Assembly: GCA_965655095.1 (NCBI GenBank)
Contig: OZ296648.1
Span: forward strand, 104,718,001-104,782,000
DNA length: 64,000 nt
DNA from: Haplodiscus bocki
Lineage: Eukaryota
Direction of reading: 5' to 3'
Both the position numbers and the translations under genes were made by a program. Each line of letters opens with the position of its first letter. Within the stretch, counting starts at the first letter, position 1. The notes beneath the pieces were generated by a model. The model was given only the letters and a program-made list of their open reading frames with translations, searched no databases and was not told where the DNA came from. This document shows, in pieces, positions 1-14,000 of the stretch.

Positions 1-1899
1 TCAGGAAATGGATTCAAAAGAGGTCGCGCCACTAAAACTATGTATAGCAACTGATATACGACTTGAAACTGAGAAAAAAACAAAAGACCCATGTATTGCT
101 ACCTTTTTGACCTGGAGAAAGCGTTCGACTCGATATATCATGATCTAAAATTGTGCTGCTTGTTGCAGAGAAGTATACGGCGAAGAACAATTCCGTTCAC
201 TGAAAACCTTCTGAAAACAAAAGAAGCTACCATCAGAGTGATTGATATCCGCGAAACAACGTTCGACCCATCAATTGGCGTTCCCGGCGTGATGTTTTAT
301 CGCTTTTGTTTTTCATCCTTTTTTTGAAGGGTGCCATCGAAAAATACGAAACGAATTAACTTAAAAAAAACTGCTGATGACAATTCCAACTTCTGTAGAC
401 CCAGTGAATTACCTCAAAGTTTTGACGCTCCCTAAGAGTTTAGCAGAAAATGTAGACTTGTGAAAAAGGATCCCCAAATTGAACAGATGTTGTTTAATTT
501 ACATAATACTGCTGATCAATAGCAAACTGCTGACATTGTCAAATCTTCAACGGATTGGTTGGATCGAAACTTGAAATTGGAGAGCCGCGTTGATCAGTTG
601 AAAGCTTCAAATGTCTTCACAAGGAACACTTTCAAATGCATACTGAAACAACCAATCAATCCAAGTTCTCGATTGAAGCTATTCAAAATATGCATTCGAC
701 CAACATTAGGTTGTAGCAATGAAGTATGGTATAACAGCAAACCATCTTTTCTAATTGGTCTGTGCTAGAATGCAAAAAAAAAATAAATCTCAGAAAAATA
801 ATAGACTTTTAAAACAATTTATTTTACAACACTCGACTTTCGTTCAACACAGAGAGCATCGTTTTCGAAAACATGTCAACGTATCTGACTTCTGTAGAAT
901 GTGGTCACTCTTTGAATCCAGTATGTCTGGATAGGCGTATCAGTGGTTGCCGAAATTGTCTTCGGATTTCATATGTGAGTTATGAACAGGCAAGAATGGA
1001 TTGCATGAAAGACTTCACAAACTTTGTTCAAGCAAGAAATGAGGCAACCTCAAAACTGTCAACCAAAACTGCTCTCACTACACACGGCAAGGTAAGACAG
1101 ATTCAAAATAAGCGCTATCAGACTACTGTGGAACGAAAAATGGCAAAAAAATTGTGAATCTACTGGACAAAACAAAATCCAACAAAGAACAATCTCAATT
1201 TTTCAGACTTCTGTTAAAAAAAGGTGGTCGAAACGAATTCAAATGAAAACGTTAGAAGGCAGTATTTTTGTTATGCTGTTGTGGTAGATACGACACTCCA
1301 ACGCACACCATTTTCTTGTGCGAAGATTAGCATCGCACGCAGGCAAGATGTTGGGGAGCATAATCGATAACAGAATCAGAAAAAGGTTTCAAAAAAAGTC
1401 GCGCCACCATAACTAAGTATAGCAACTGATATACGAATTGAAACTGAGAAATAAAACAAAAGACCCATGTATTGCTACATTTCTTGACCTGGAGAAAACG
1501 TTCGACTCAAAATATCATGATCTAAGTTTGTGCTGCTTATTGGAAAGAAGTATACGGCGTAGAACGAATCCGTTGACTGAAAAGCTTCTGAAAACAAGAG
1601 AAGCTACCATCAGATTGATTGATAACCGCGAAACAACGTTCGACCTATCAATTTGCGTTCCCCGGCGTGATGTTTTATCTTTTTGTTTTTCATCCTTTTC
1701 TTGAAAAGTGTCCCTGAAAAAAATGACACAAAACAAAATAAAAAAACGCTGATGATAACACCAACTTCTGTTGCCCCAGTGAAATAAATCAAAGTCTTGG
1801 CGCTCCCTAAGAGTTTAGCAGAAAATGTAGACTTGTGAATAAAGATCCCTAAACTGAACAGATGTTGTTTAATGTACAGAATACAGCTGATCAATAGCA

Positions 1900-4800
1900 A
1901 ACTGCTGACATTGTCAAATTTTCAATGGACTGGTTGGATCGAAACTTGAAATTGAAGAGCCGCGTTGATCACTTGAAAGCTTCAAATGTCTTCACAAGGA
2001 ACTTTTTCAAATGCATACTGAAAAAACCAATCAATCCAAGTTCTCGATTGAATCTATTCAAGATATGCATTCGACCAATATTAGGTTATAGCAATGAAGT
2101 ATGGTATAACAGCAAACCATCTTTTCTAATTGGTTTGTGCTAGAATAAAAAAAATTTAAATCTCAGAAAAAGAATAGATTTTTAAAACAATTTTTTTTAC
2201 AACACTCGACTTTCGTTCAACACAGAGAGCATCGTTTTCGAAAAAATAACAACGTATCTGACTTCTGTAGACTGTGGTCACTCTTTGAATCCAGTAAGTC
2301 TGGATAGGCGTATCAGTGTTTGCCGAAATTGTCTTCGGATTTCATATGTGAGTTATGAACAGGCAAGAATGGATTGCAAGAAGGACTTCATAAACTTTGT
2401 TCAAGCAAGAACTGAGGCAATTTCAAAAATCTCAACCGAAATTTTACTCACTACACACGGCAAGGTAGGACAGATTCAAAATTAGCGCTATCAGATTAAA
2501 CTGGAATGAAAAATGGCAAAAAAAAGTCAATCTACTGGACAAAACAAAATCCAACAAAGACCAATCTCGACTTTTCAGACTTCTGTTAAAAAAACATGGT
2601 CGAAACGAATTCAAATGAAAACGTTACAAGGCAGAATTTTCTTTATGCTGTTGTGGTAAATACAACACTCCAACGCACCTCATTTTCTTCGGCGAAGTTT
2701 AGCATCGCACGCAGGCAAAATGTTGGGGATCATAAAGGATAACAGAGTCAGGAAACGGATTCAAAAGAAATCGCGCCACTAAAACTATGTATAGCAACTG
2801 ATATACGACTTGAAACTGAGAAATAAAACAAAAGACCCAGGTATTGCTACCTTTTTGACCTGGAGAAAGCGTTCGACTCGATATATCATGATCTAAAATT
2901 GTGCTGCTTATTGCAGAGAAGTATACGGCGAAGAACAATTCCGTTCACTGAAAACCTTTTGAAAGCAAAAGAAGCTAGCATCAGAGTGATTGATAACCGC
3001 GAAACAACGTTCGACCCATCAGTTGGCGTTCCCGGCGTGATGTTTTATCGCTTTTGTTTTTCATCCTTTTTTTTGAAGGGTGTCAATGAAAAATACGAAA
3101 CGAAACAAATTAAAAAAACTGCTGATGATAATTCCAACTTCTGTAGACCCAGTGAAGTAACTCAAAGTTTTGACGCTTCCTAAGAGTTTAGCAGAAAATG
3201 TAGACTTGTGAATAAGGATCCCCAATTTGAACAGATGTTGTTTAATGTACAGATTACTGCTGATCAATAGCAAACTGCTGACAATGTCAAATTTTCAATG
3301 GATTGGTTGGATCGAAACTTGAAATTGAAGAGCCGCATTGATCAGTTGAAAGATTCAAATGTCTTCACAAGGAACACTTTCAAATGCAAACTGAAACAAC
3401 CAATCAATCCAAATTCTCGATTGAAACTATTCAAGATACGTGTTCGACCAACATTAGATTTTAGCAAAAAATATGGTACAACAGCAACGAATCATTTCTA
3501 TTGGTCTGTGTTAGATTGCGAACACAACCATTATATCTTCGAAAAACAACAGATTTTAAAAAGATTTTGTATTTACAACACTCGAATTTCAATGACCACA
3601 GAGAGTATATTTCATGAAAAATTGTCAATGTATCTGACTTCTGTAGACTGTGCTCGCTCTTTGAATCTAGTAATTCTGGATAGGCTTATCAGTGTTAGCC
3701 GAAATTGTCTTCGGATTTCATATGTGAGCAATGAACAGGAAAGAATGGATTGCATGAAAGACTTCATAAACTTTGTTCAAGCAAGAAAAGAGGCAACCTC
3801 AAAACTCTCAACCAAAACTGCTCTCACTACACACGGCAATGTAAGACAGACTAAAAATAAGCGCTATCAGATTACTGTGGAATGAAAAATGGCAAAAAAA
3901 TTGCGAAACTACTGGACAAAACAAAATCCAACAAAGAACAATCTCAACTTTTCAGACTTCTGTTAAAAAAAGGTGGTCGAAACGAATTCAAATGAAAACG
4001 TTAGAAGGCAGTATTTTTGTTATGCTGTTGTGGTAGATACGACACTCCAACGCACAACATTTTCTTGTGCGAAGTTTAGCATCGCACGCAGGCAAAATGT
4101 TGGGGAGCTTAATCGATAACAGAATCAGAAAAAGGTTTCAAAAAAAGTCGCGCCACCAGAACTATGTATAGCAACTGATATACGACTTGAAACTGAGAAA
4201 TAAAACACAAGACCCATGTATTGCTACATTTCTTGACCTGGAGATAACGTTCGAGTCAAAATATCATGATCTAAGTTTGTGCTGCTTATTGGAAAGAAGT
4301 ATACGGCGTAGAACGAATCCGTTGACTGAAAACCTTCTGAAAACAAGAGAAGCTACCATCAGAGTGGTTGATAACCGCGAAACAACGTTCGACCCATCAA
4401 TTTGCGTTCCCCGGCGTGATGTTTTATCTTCTTGTTTTTCCTCCTTTTCCTGAAAGGTGTCCCTGAAAAAAAAGACACAAAACAAAGTAAGAAAACGCTG
4501 ATGATAACACCAACTTCTGTTGCCCCAGTGAATTAACTCAAAGTTTTGACGCTCCCTAAGAGTTTAGCAGAAAATGTAGACTTGTGAATAAAGATGCCTA
4601 AACTGAACAGATGTTGTTTAATGTACAGAATACAGCTGATCAATAGCAAACTGCTGACAATGTCAAATTTTCAATTGATTGGTTGGATCGAAACTTGAAA
4701 TTGAAGAGCCGCGTTGATCAGTTGAAAGCTTCAAATGTCTTCACAAGGAACACTTTCAAATGCATACTGAAACAACCAATCAATCCAAGTTCTCGATTGA

Positions 4801-7600
4801 AGCTATTCAAGATATGCATTCGACCAATATTAGGTTATAGCAATGAAGTATGGTATAACAGCAAACCATCTTTTCTAATTGGTTTGTGCTAGAATAAAAA
4901 AAAATTAAATCTCAGAAAAAGAATAGATTTTTAAAACAATTTATTTTACAACACTCGACTTTCGTTCAACACAGAGAGCATCGTTTTCGAAAAAATAACA
5001 ACGTATCTGACTTCTGTAGACTGTGGTCACTCTTTGAATCCAGTAAGTCTGGATAGGCGTATCAGTGTTTGCCGAAATTGTCTTCGGATTTCATATGTGA
5101 GTTATGAACAGGCAAGAATGGATTGCAAGAAGGACTTCATAAACTTTGTTCAAGCAAGAACTGAGGCAATTTCAAAAATCTCAACCGAAATTTTACTCAC
5201 TACACACGGCAAGGTAGGACAGATTCAAAATTAGCGCTATCAGATTAAACTGGAATGAAAAATGGCAAAAAAAAGTCAATCTACTGGACAAAACAAAATC
5301 CAACAAAGACCAATCTCGACTTTTCAGACTTCTGTTAAAAAAACATGGTCGAAACGAATTCAAATGAAAACGTTACAAGGCAGAATTTTCGTTATGCTGT
5401 TGTGGTAAATACAACACTCCAACGCACCTCATTTTCTTCGGCGAAGTTTAGCATCGCACGCAGGCAAAATGTTGGGGATCATAAAGGATAACAGAGTCAG
5501 GAAACGGATTCAAGAGAAATCGCGCCACTAAAACTATGTATAGCAACTGATATACGACTTGAAACTGAGAAATAAAACAAAAGACCCAGGTATTGCTACC
5601 TTTTTGACCTGGAGAAAGCGTTCGACTCGATATATCATGATCTAAAATTGTGATGCTTATTGCAGAGAAGTATACGGCGAAGAACAATTCCGTTCACTGA
5701 AAACCTTTTGAAAACAAAAGAAGCTAGCATCAGAGTGATTGATAACCGCGAAACAACGTTCGACCCATCAGTTGGCGTTCCCGGCGTGATGTTTTATCGC
5801 TTTTGTTTTTCATCCTTTTTTTTGAAGGGTGTCATTGAAAAATACGAAACGAAACAAATTAAAAAAACTGCTGATGATAATTCCAACTTCTGTAGACCCA
5901 GTGAAGTAACTCAAAGTTTTGACGCTTCCTAAGAGTTTAGCAGAAAATGTAGACTTGTGAATAAGGATCCCCAATTTGAACAGATGTTGTTTAATGTACA
6001 GATTACTGCTGATCAATAGCAAACTGCTGACAATGTCAAATTTTCAATGGATTGGTTGGATCGAAACTTGAAATTGAAGAGCCGCATTGATCAGTTGAAA
6101 GATTCAAATGTCTTCACAAGGAACACTTTCAAATGCAAACTGAAACAACCAATCAATCCAAATTCTCGATTGAAACTATTCAAGATACGTGTTCGACCAA
6201 CATTAGATTTTAGCAAAAAATATGGTACAACAGCAACGAATCATTTCTATTGGTCTGTGTTAGATTGCGAACACAACCATTATATCTTCGAAAAACAACA
6301 GATTTTAAAAAGATTTTGCATTTACAACACTCGAATTTCAATGACCACAGAGAGTATATTTCATGAAAAATTGTCAATGTATCTGACTTCTGTAGACTGT
6401 GCTCGCTCTTTGAATCTAGTAATTGTGGATAGGCTTATCAGTGTTAGCCGAAATTGTCTTCGGATTTCATATGTGAGCAATGAACAGGAAAGAATGGATT
6501 GCATGAAAGACTTCATAAACTTTGTTCAAGCAAGAAAAGAGGCAACCTCAAAACTCTCAACCAAAACTGCTCTCACTACACACGGCAATGTAAGACAGAC
6601 TAAAAATAAGCGCTATCAGATTACTGTGGAATGAAAAATGGCAAAAAAATTGCGAAACTACTGGACAAAACAAAATCCAACAAAGAACAATCTCAACTTT
6701 TCAGACTTCTGTTAAAAAAAGGTGGTCGAAACGAATTCAAATGAAAACGTTAGAAGGCAGTATTTTTGTTATGCTGTTGTGGCAGATACGACACTCCAAC
6801 GCACAACATTTTCTTGTGCGAAGTTTAGCATCGCACGCAGGCAAAATGTTGGGGAGCTTAATCGATAACAGAATCAGAAAAAGGTTTCAAAAAAAGTCGC
6901 GCCACCAGAACTATGTATAGCAACTGATATACGACTTGAAACTGAGAAATAAAACACAAGACCCATGTATTGCTACATTTCTTGACCTGGAGATAACGTT
7001 CGAGTCAAAATATCATGATCTAAGTTTGTGCTGCTTATTGGAAAGAAGTATACGGCGTAGAACAAATCCGTTGACTGAAAACCTTCTGAAAACAAGAGAA
7101 GCTACCATCAGAGTGGTTGATAACCGCGAAACAACGTTCGACCCATCAATTTGCGTTCCCCGGCGTGATGTTTTATCTTCTTGTTTTTCCTCCTTTTCCT
7201 GAAAGGTGTCCCTGAAAAAAAAGACACAAAACAAAGTAAGAAAACGCTGATGATAACACCAACTTCTGTTGCCCCAGTGAATTAACTCAAAGTTTTGACG
7301 CTCCCTAAGAGTTTAGCAGAAAATGTAGACTTGTGAATAAAGATGCCTAAACTGAACAGATGTTGTTTAATGTACAGAATACAGCTGATCAATAGCAAAC
7401 TGCTGACAATGTCAAATTTTCAATTGATTGGTTGGATCGAAACTTGAAATTGAAGAGCCGCGTTGATCAGTTGAAAGCTTCAAATGTCTTCACAAGGAAC
7501 ACTTTCAAATGCATACTGAAACAACCAATCAATCCAAGTTCTCGATTGAAGCAATTCAAGATATGCATTCGGCCAATATTAGGTTATAGCAATGAAGTAT
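1900..7600 (+). repeat. Higher-order block A: dimer, period 2,749 bp
   Basis: Identical or near-identical ORFs lie at exact 2,749-bp offsets (2285/5034, 3298/6047, 4187/6936, 2699/5448), while adjacent monomers differ visibly. Confidence 0.9.
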
Positions 7601-8049
7601 GGTAAAACAGCAAACCATCTTTTCTAATTGGTCTGTGCTAGAATGCAAAAAAAATTAAATCTCACAAAAATATTAGATTTTCAAAACAATTTATTTTACA
7701 ATACTCGACTTTCGTTCAAGACAGAGAGCATCGTTTTCGAAAACATGTCAACGTATCTGACTTCTGTAGACTGTGGTCACTCTTTGAATCTAGTAACTCT
7801 GGATAGGCGTACCAGTGTTTGCCGAAATTGTCTTCGGATTTCATATGTGAGTTGTGAACAGGCAAAAATGGATTGCAAGAAAGACTTCATAAACTTTGTT
7901 CAAGCAAGAACTGAGGCAATTTCAAAAATCTCAACCGAAATTACTCTCACTACACACGGCAATGTGAGACAGATTCAAAATTAGCGCTATAAGATTAAGC
8001 TGGAATGAAAAATGGCAAAAAAATATGTGAATCTACTGGACAAAACAAA

Positions 8050-11000
8050 ATCCAACAAAGACTAATCTCGACTTTTCAGACTTCTGTTAAAAAAACATGG
8101 TCGGAATGAATTCAAATGAAAACGTTAGAAGGCAGAATTTTCGTTATGCCGTTGTGGTAAATACGACACTCCAACGCGCTTCATTTTCTTCCGCGAAGTT
8201 TAGCATCGCACGCAGGCAAAATGTTGGGGATCATAAAGGATAACAGAGTCAGGAAACGGATTCAAAAGAAATCGCGCCACTAAAACTATGTATAGCAACT
8301 GATATACGACTTGAAACTGAGAAAAAAAACAAAAGACCCATGTATTGCTACATTTCTTGACCTGGAGAAAACGTTCGACTCGATATATCATGATCTAAAA
8401 TTGTGCTGCTTATTGCAGAGAAGTATACGGCGAAGAACAATTCCGTTCACTGAAAACCTTCTGAAAACAAAAGAAGCTACCATCAGAGTGACTGATATCC
8501 TCGAAACAACGTTCGACCCATCAATTGGCGTTCCCGACGTGATGTTTTATCGCTTTTGTTTTTCATCCTTTTTTTGAAGGGTGCCATTGAAAAATACGAA
8601 ACGAAACAAATTAAAAAAAACTGCTGATGATAATTCCAACTTCTGTAGACCCAGTGAATTAACTCAAAGTTTTGACGCTCCCTAAGAGTTTAGAAGAAAA
8701 TGTAGACTTGTGAAGAAAGATCCCCAAATTGAACAGATGTTGTTTAATGTACAGAATACAGCTGATCAATAGCAAACGCTGACATTGTCAAACTTTCATT
8801 GGATTGATTGGATCGAAACTTGAAACTGAAGAACCGCGTTGACCAGTTGAAAGCTCCAAATGTCTTCACGAGGAGCACTTTCAAATGCATACTGAAACAA
8901 CCAATCAATCCAAGTTCTCAATTGAAACTATTCAAGATACGTATTCGACCAACATTAGATTTTAGTAAAAAAATATGGTACAACAGCAACGAATCATTTC
9001 AATTGATCTGTGTTAGATTGCGAACACAACCATTATATCTTCGAAAAACAACAGATTTTAAAAACATTTTGTATTTACAACACTCGAATTTCAATGACCA
9101 CAGAGAGTGTATTTTATGAAAAAATGTCAACGTATCTGACTTCTGTAGACTGTGCTCGCTCTTTGAATCTAGTAATTCTGGATAGGCGTATCAGTGTTTG
9201 CAAAAATTGTCTTCGGATTTCATATGTGAATTGTGAACAGGCAAGAATGGATTGCATTAAAGACTTCATAAACTTTGTTCAAGCAAGAAATGAGGCAACC
9301 TCAAAACTCTCAACCAAAATTGCTCTCACTGTACACGGCAATGTAAGACAGATTCAAAATAAGCGCTATCAGATTACTGTGGAATGAAAAATGGCAAAAA
9401 AATTGTGAATCTACTGGACAAAACAAAGTACAACAACGAACAATCTCGACTTTTCAGACTTCTGTTTAAAAATGCGGTCGAAACGAATTCAATTGAAAAC
9501 GTTAGAAGGCAGTATTTTTGTTAGGCTGTTGTGGTAAATACGACACTCCAACGCACTTCATTTTCTTCTGCGAAGTTTGGCATCGCACGCAGGCAAAATT
9601 TTGGGGAGCATAATCGATAACGGAATCAGAAAAAGGTTTCAAAAGAAGTCGCGCCACCAGAACTATGAATAGCAACTGATATACGACTTGAAACTGAGAA
9701 ATAAAACAAAAGACCCATGTATTGCTACCTTTTGGACCTGGAGAAAACGTTCGACTCAAAAAATGATGATCTAAAATTGTACTGCTTATTGCAGAGAAGT
9801 ATACGCCAAAGAACAATTCCGTTCACTGAAAACCTTCTGAAGACAAAAGAAGCTACCATCAGAGTGATTGATATCCGCGAAACAACGTTCGACCCATCAA
9901 TTGGCGTTCCGCGGGTTGATCTTTTATCTCTTTTGTTTTTCATGCAATTTTTTGAAGGGTGTCATTGAAAAATACGAAACGAAACAAATTAAAACAAAAC
10001 GTTGATGATAACACCAACTTCTGTTGCCCCAGTGAATTAACTCAAAGTTTTGACGCTCTCTAAGAGTTTAGCAGAAAATGAAGACTTGTGAAAAAAGTCC
10101 TCTAAACTGAACCGTTGTTGTTTAATGTACAGAATACAGCTGGTCAATAGCAAACTGCGGACACTGTCAAGTTTTCAGCGGATTGGTTGGATCGAAACTT
10201 GAAATTGAAGGGCCGCGTTGATCAGTTGAAAGCTTCAAATGTCTTCACAAGGAACACTTTCAAAAGCATACTGAAACAGCCAATCAATCCAAGTTCTCGA
10301 TTGAAGCCATTCAAGATATGCATTCGAGCAACTTTAGGTTATAGCAATGAAGTATGGTATAACAGCAAACCATCTATTCTAGTTGGTCTGTGTTAGAATG
10401 CAAAAAAATTAAATCTCAGAAAAATAATAGATTTTTAAAACAATTTGTTTTACAACACGCGACTTTCGTCCAACACAGAGAGCATCGTTTTCGAAAACAT
10501 GTCAACGTATCTGACTTCTGTAGACTGTGGTCGCTCTTTGAATCCAGTAAGTCTGGATAGGCGTATCATTGTTTACCGAAATCTTCACCGGATTTCATAT
10601 GTGAGTTATGAACAGGCAAGAATGGATTGCATGAAAGACTTCATAAACTTTGTTCAAGCAAAAACTGAGGCAATTTCAAAAATCTCCACTAAAATTACTC
10701 TCACTACACACGGCAATGTAAGACAGATTCAAAATAAGCGCTATCAGATTACTGTGGAATGAAAGATGGCAAAAAAATTGTGAATCTACTAGACAAAACA
10801 AAATCTAACAAAGAACAATCTCGACTTTTCAGACTTCTGTTAAAAAAATGTGGTCGAAACGAATTCAAATGAAAACGTTAGAAGGCAGAATTTTCGTTAT
10901 GCCGTTGTGGTAAATACGACACTCCAACGCACTTCATTTTCTTCCGCGAAGTTTAGCATCGCACGCAGGCAAAATGTTGGGGATCATAAAGGATAACAGA

Positions 11001-14000
11001 GTCAGGAAACGGATTCAAAAGAAATCGCGCCACTAAAACTATGTATAGCAACTGATATACGACTTGAAACTGAGAAAAAAAACAAAAGACCCATGTATTG
11101 CTACATTTCTTGACCTGGAGAAAACGTTCGACTCGATATATCATGATCTAAAATTGTGCTGCTTATTGCAGAGAAGTATACGGCGAAGAACAATTCCGTT
11201 CACTGAAAACCTTCTGAAAACCAAAGAAGCTACCATTAGAGTGATTGATATCCGCGAAACAACGTTCTACCCATCAATTGGCGTTCCCCGGGTTGATGTT
11301 TTATCGCTTTTGTTTTTCATCCTTTTTTTGAAGGGTGTCATTGAAAAATACGAAACGAAACAAATTAAAAAAAGTGCTGATGATAATTCCAACTTCTGTA
11401 GACCCAGTGAATTAACTCAAAGTTTTGACGCTCCCTAAGAGTTTAGCAGAAAATGTAGACTTGTGAAGAAAGATCCCCAAATTGAACAGATGTTTATTAA
11501 TGTACAGAATACAGCTGATCAATAGCAAACGCTGACATTGTCAAATTTTCAGTGGATTGATTGGATCGAAACTTGAAACTGAAGAACCGCGTTGACCAGT
11601 TGAAAGCTCCAAATGTCTTCACGAGGAGCACTTTCAAATGCATACTGAAACAACCAATCAATCCAAGTTCTCGATTGAAACTATTCAAGATACGTATTCG
11701 ACCAACATTAGATTTTAGTAAAAAAATATGGTACAACAGCAACGAATCATTTCAATTGGTCTGTGTTAGATTGCGAACACAACCATTATATCTTCGAAAA
11801 ACAACAGATTTTAATAACATTTTGTATTTACAACACTCGAATTTCAATGACCACAGAGAGTGTATTTTATGAAAAAATGTCAACGTATCTGACTTCTGTA
11901 GACTGTGCTCGCTCTTTGAATCTAGTAATTCTGGATAGGCGTATCAGTGTTTGCAAAAATTGTCTTCGGATTTCATATGTGAATTGTGAACAGGCAAGAA
12001 TGGATTGCATTAAAGACTTCATAAACTTTGTTCAAGCAAGAAATGAGGCAACCTCAAAACTCTCAACCAAAATTGCTCTCACTGTACACGGCAATGTAAG
12101 ACAGATTCAAAATAAGCGCTATCAGATTACTGTGGAATGAAAAATGGCAAAAAAATTGTGAATCTACTGGACAAAACAAAGTACAACAACGAACAATCTC
12201 GACTTTTCAGACTTCTGTTAAAAAATGCGGTCGAAACGAATTCAATTGAAAACGTTAGAAGGCAGTATTTTTGTTAGGCTGTTGTGGTAAATACGACACT
12301 CCAACGCACTTCATTTTCTTCTGCGAAGTTTGGCATCGCACGCAGGCAAAATTTTGGGGAGCATAATCGATAACGGAATCAGAAAAAGGTTTCAAAAGAA
12401 GTCGCGCCACCAGAACTATGAATAGCAACTGATATACGACTTGAAACTGAGAAATAAAACAAAAGACCCATGTATTGCTACCTTTTGGACCTGGAGAAAA
12501 CGTTCGACTCAAAAAATGATGATCTAAAATTGTACTGCTTATTGCAGAGAAGTATACGCCAAAGAACAATTCCGTTCACTGAAAACCTTCTGAAGACAAA
12601 AGAAGCTACCATCAGAGTGATTGATATCCGCGAAACAACGTTCGACCCATCAATTGGCGTTCCGCGGGTTGATCTTTTATCTCTTTTGTTTTTCATGCAA
12701 TTTTTTGAAGGGTGTCATTGAAAAATACGAAACGAAACAAATTAAAACAAAACGTTGATGATAACACCAACTTCTGTTGCCCCAGTGAATTAACTCAAAG
12801 TTTTGACGCTCTCTAAGAGTTTAGCAGAAAATGAAGACTTGTGAAAAAAGTCCTCTAAACTGAACCGTTGTTGTTTAATGTACAGAATACAGCTGGTCAA
12901 TAGCAAACTGCGGACACTGTCAAGTTTTCAGCGGATTGGTTGGATCGAAACTTGAAATTGAAGGGCCGCGTTGATCAGTTGAAAGCTTCAAATGTCTTCA
13001 CAAGGAACACTTTCAAAAGCATACTGAAACAGCCAATCAATCCAAGTTCTCGATTGAAGCCATTCAAGATATGCATTCGAGCAACTTTAGGTTATAGCAA
13101 TGAAGTATGGTATAACAGCAAACCATCTATTCTAGTTGGTCTGTGTTAGAATGCAAAAAAATTAAATCTCAGAAAAATAATAGATTTTTAAAACAATTTG
13201 TTTTACAACACGCGACTTTCGTTCAACACAGAGAGCATCGTTTTCGAAAACATGTCAACGTATCTGACTTCTGTAGACTGTGGTCGCTCTTTGAATCCAG
13301 TAAGTCTGGATAGGCGTATCATTGTTTACCGAAATCTTCACCGGATTTCATATGTGAGTTATGAACAGGCAAGAATGGATTGCATGAAAGACTTCATAAA
13401 CTTTGTTCAAGCAAAAACTGAGGCAATTTCAAAAATCTCCACTAAAATTACTCTCACTACACACGGCAATGTAAGACAGATTCAAAATAAGCGCTATCAG
13501 ATTACTGTGGAATGAAAGATGGCAAAAAAATTGTGAATCTACTAGACAAAACAAAATCTAACAAAGAACAATCTCGACTTTTCAGACTTCTGTTAAAAAA
13601 ATGTGGTCGAAACGAATTCAAATGAAAACGTTAGAAGGCAGAATTTTCGTTATGCCGTTGTGGTAAATACGACACTCCAACGCACTTCATTTTCTTCCGC
13701 GAAGTTTAGCATCGCACGCAGGCAAAATGTTGGGGATCATAAAGGATAACAGAGTCAGGAAACGGATTCAAAAGAAATCGCGCCACTAAAACTATGTATA
13801 GCAACTGATATACGACTTGAAACTGAGAAAAAAAACAAAAGACCCATGTATTGCTACATTTCTTGACCTGGAGAAAACGTTCGACTCGATATATCATGAT
13901 CTAAAATTGTGCTGCTTATTGCAGAGAAGTATACGGCGAAGAACAATTCCGTTCACTGAAAACCTTCTGAAAACCAAAGAAGCTACCATTAGAGTGATTG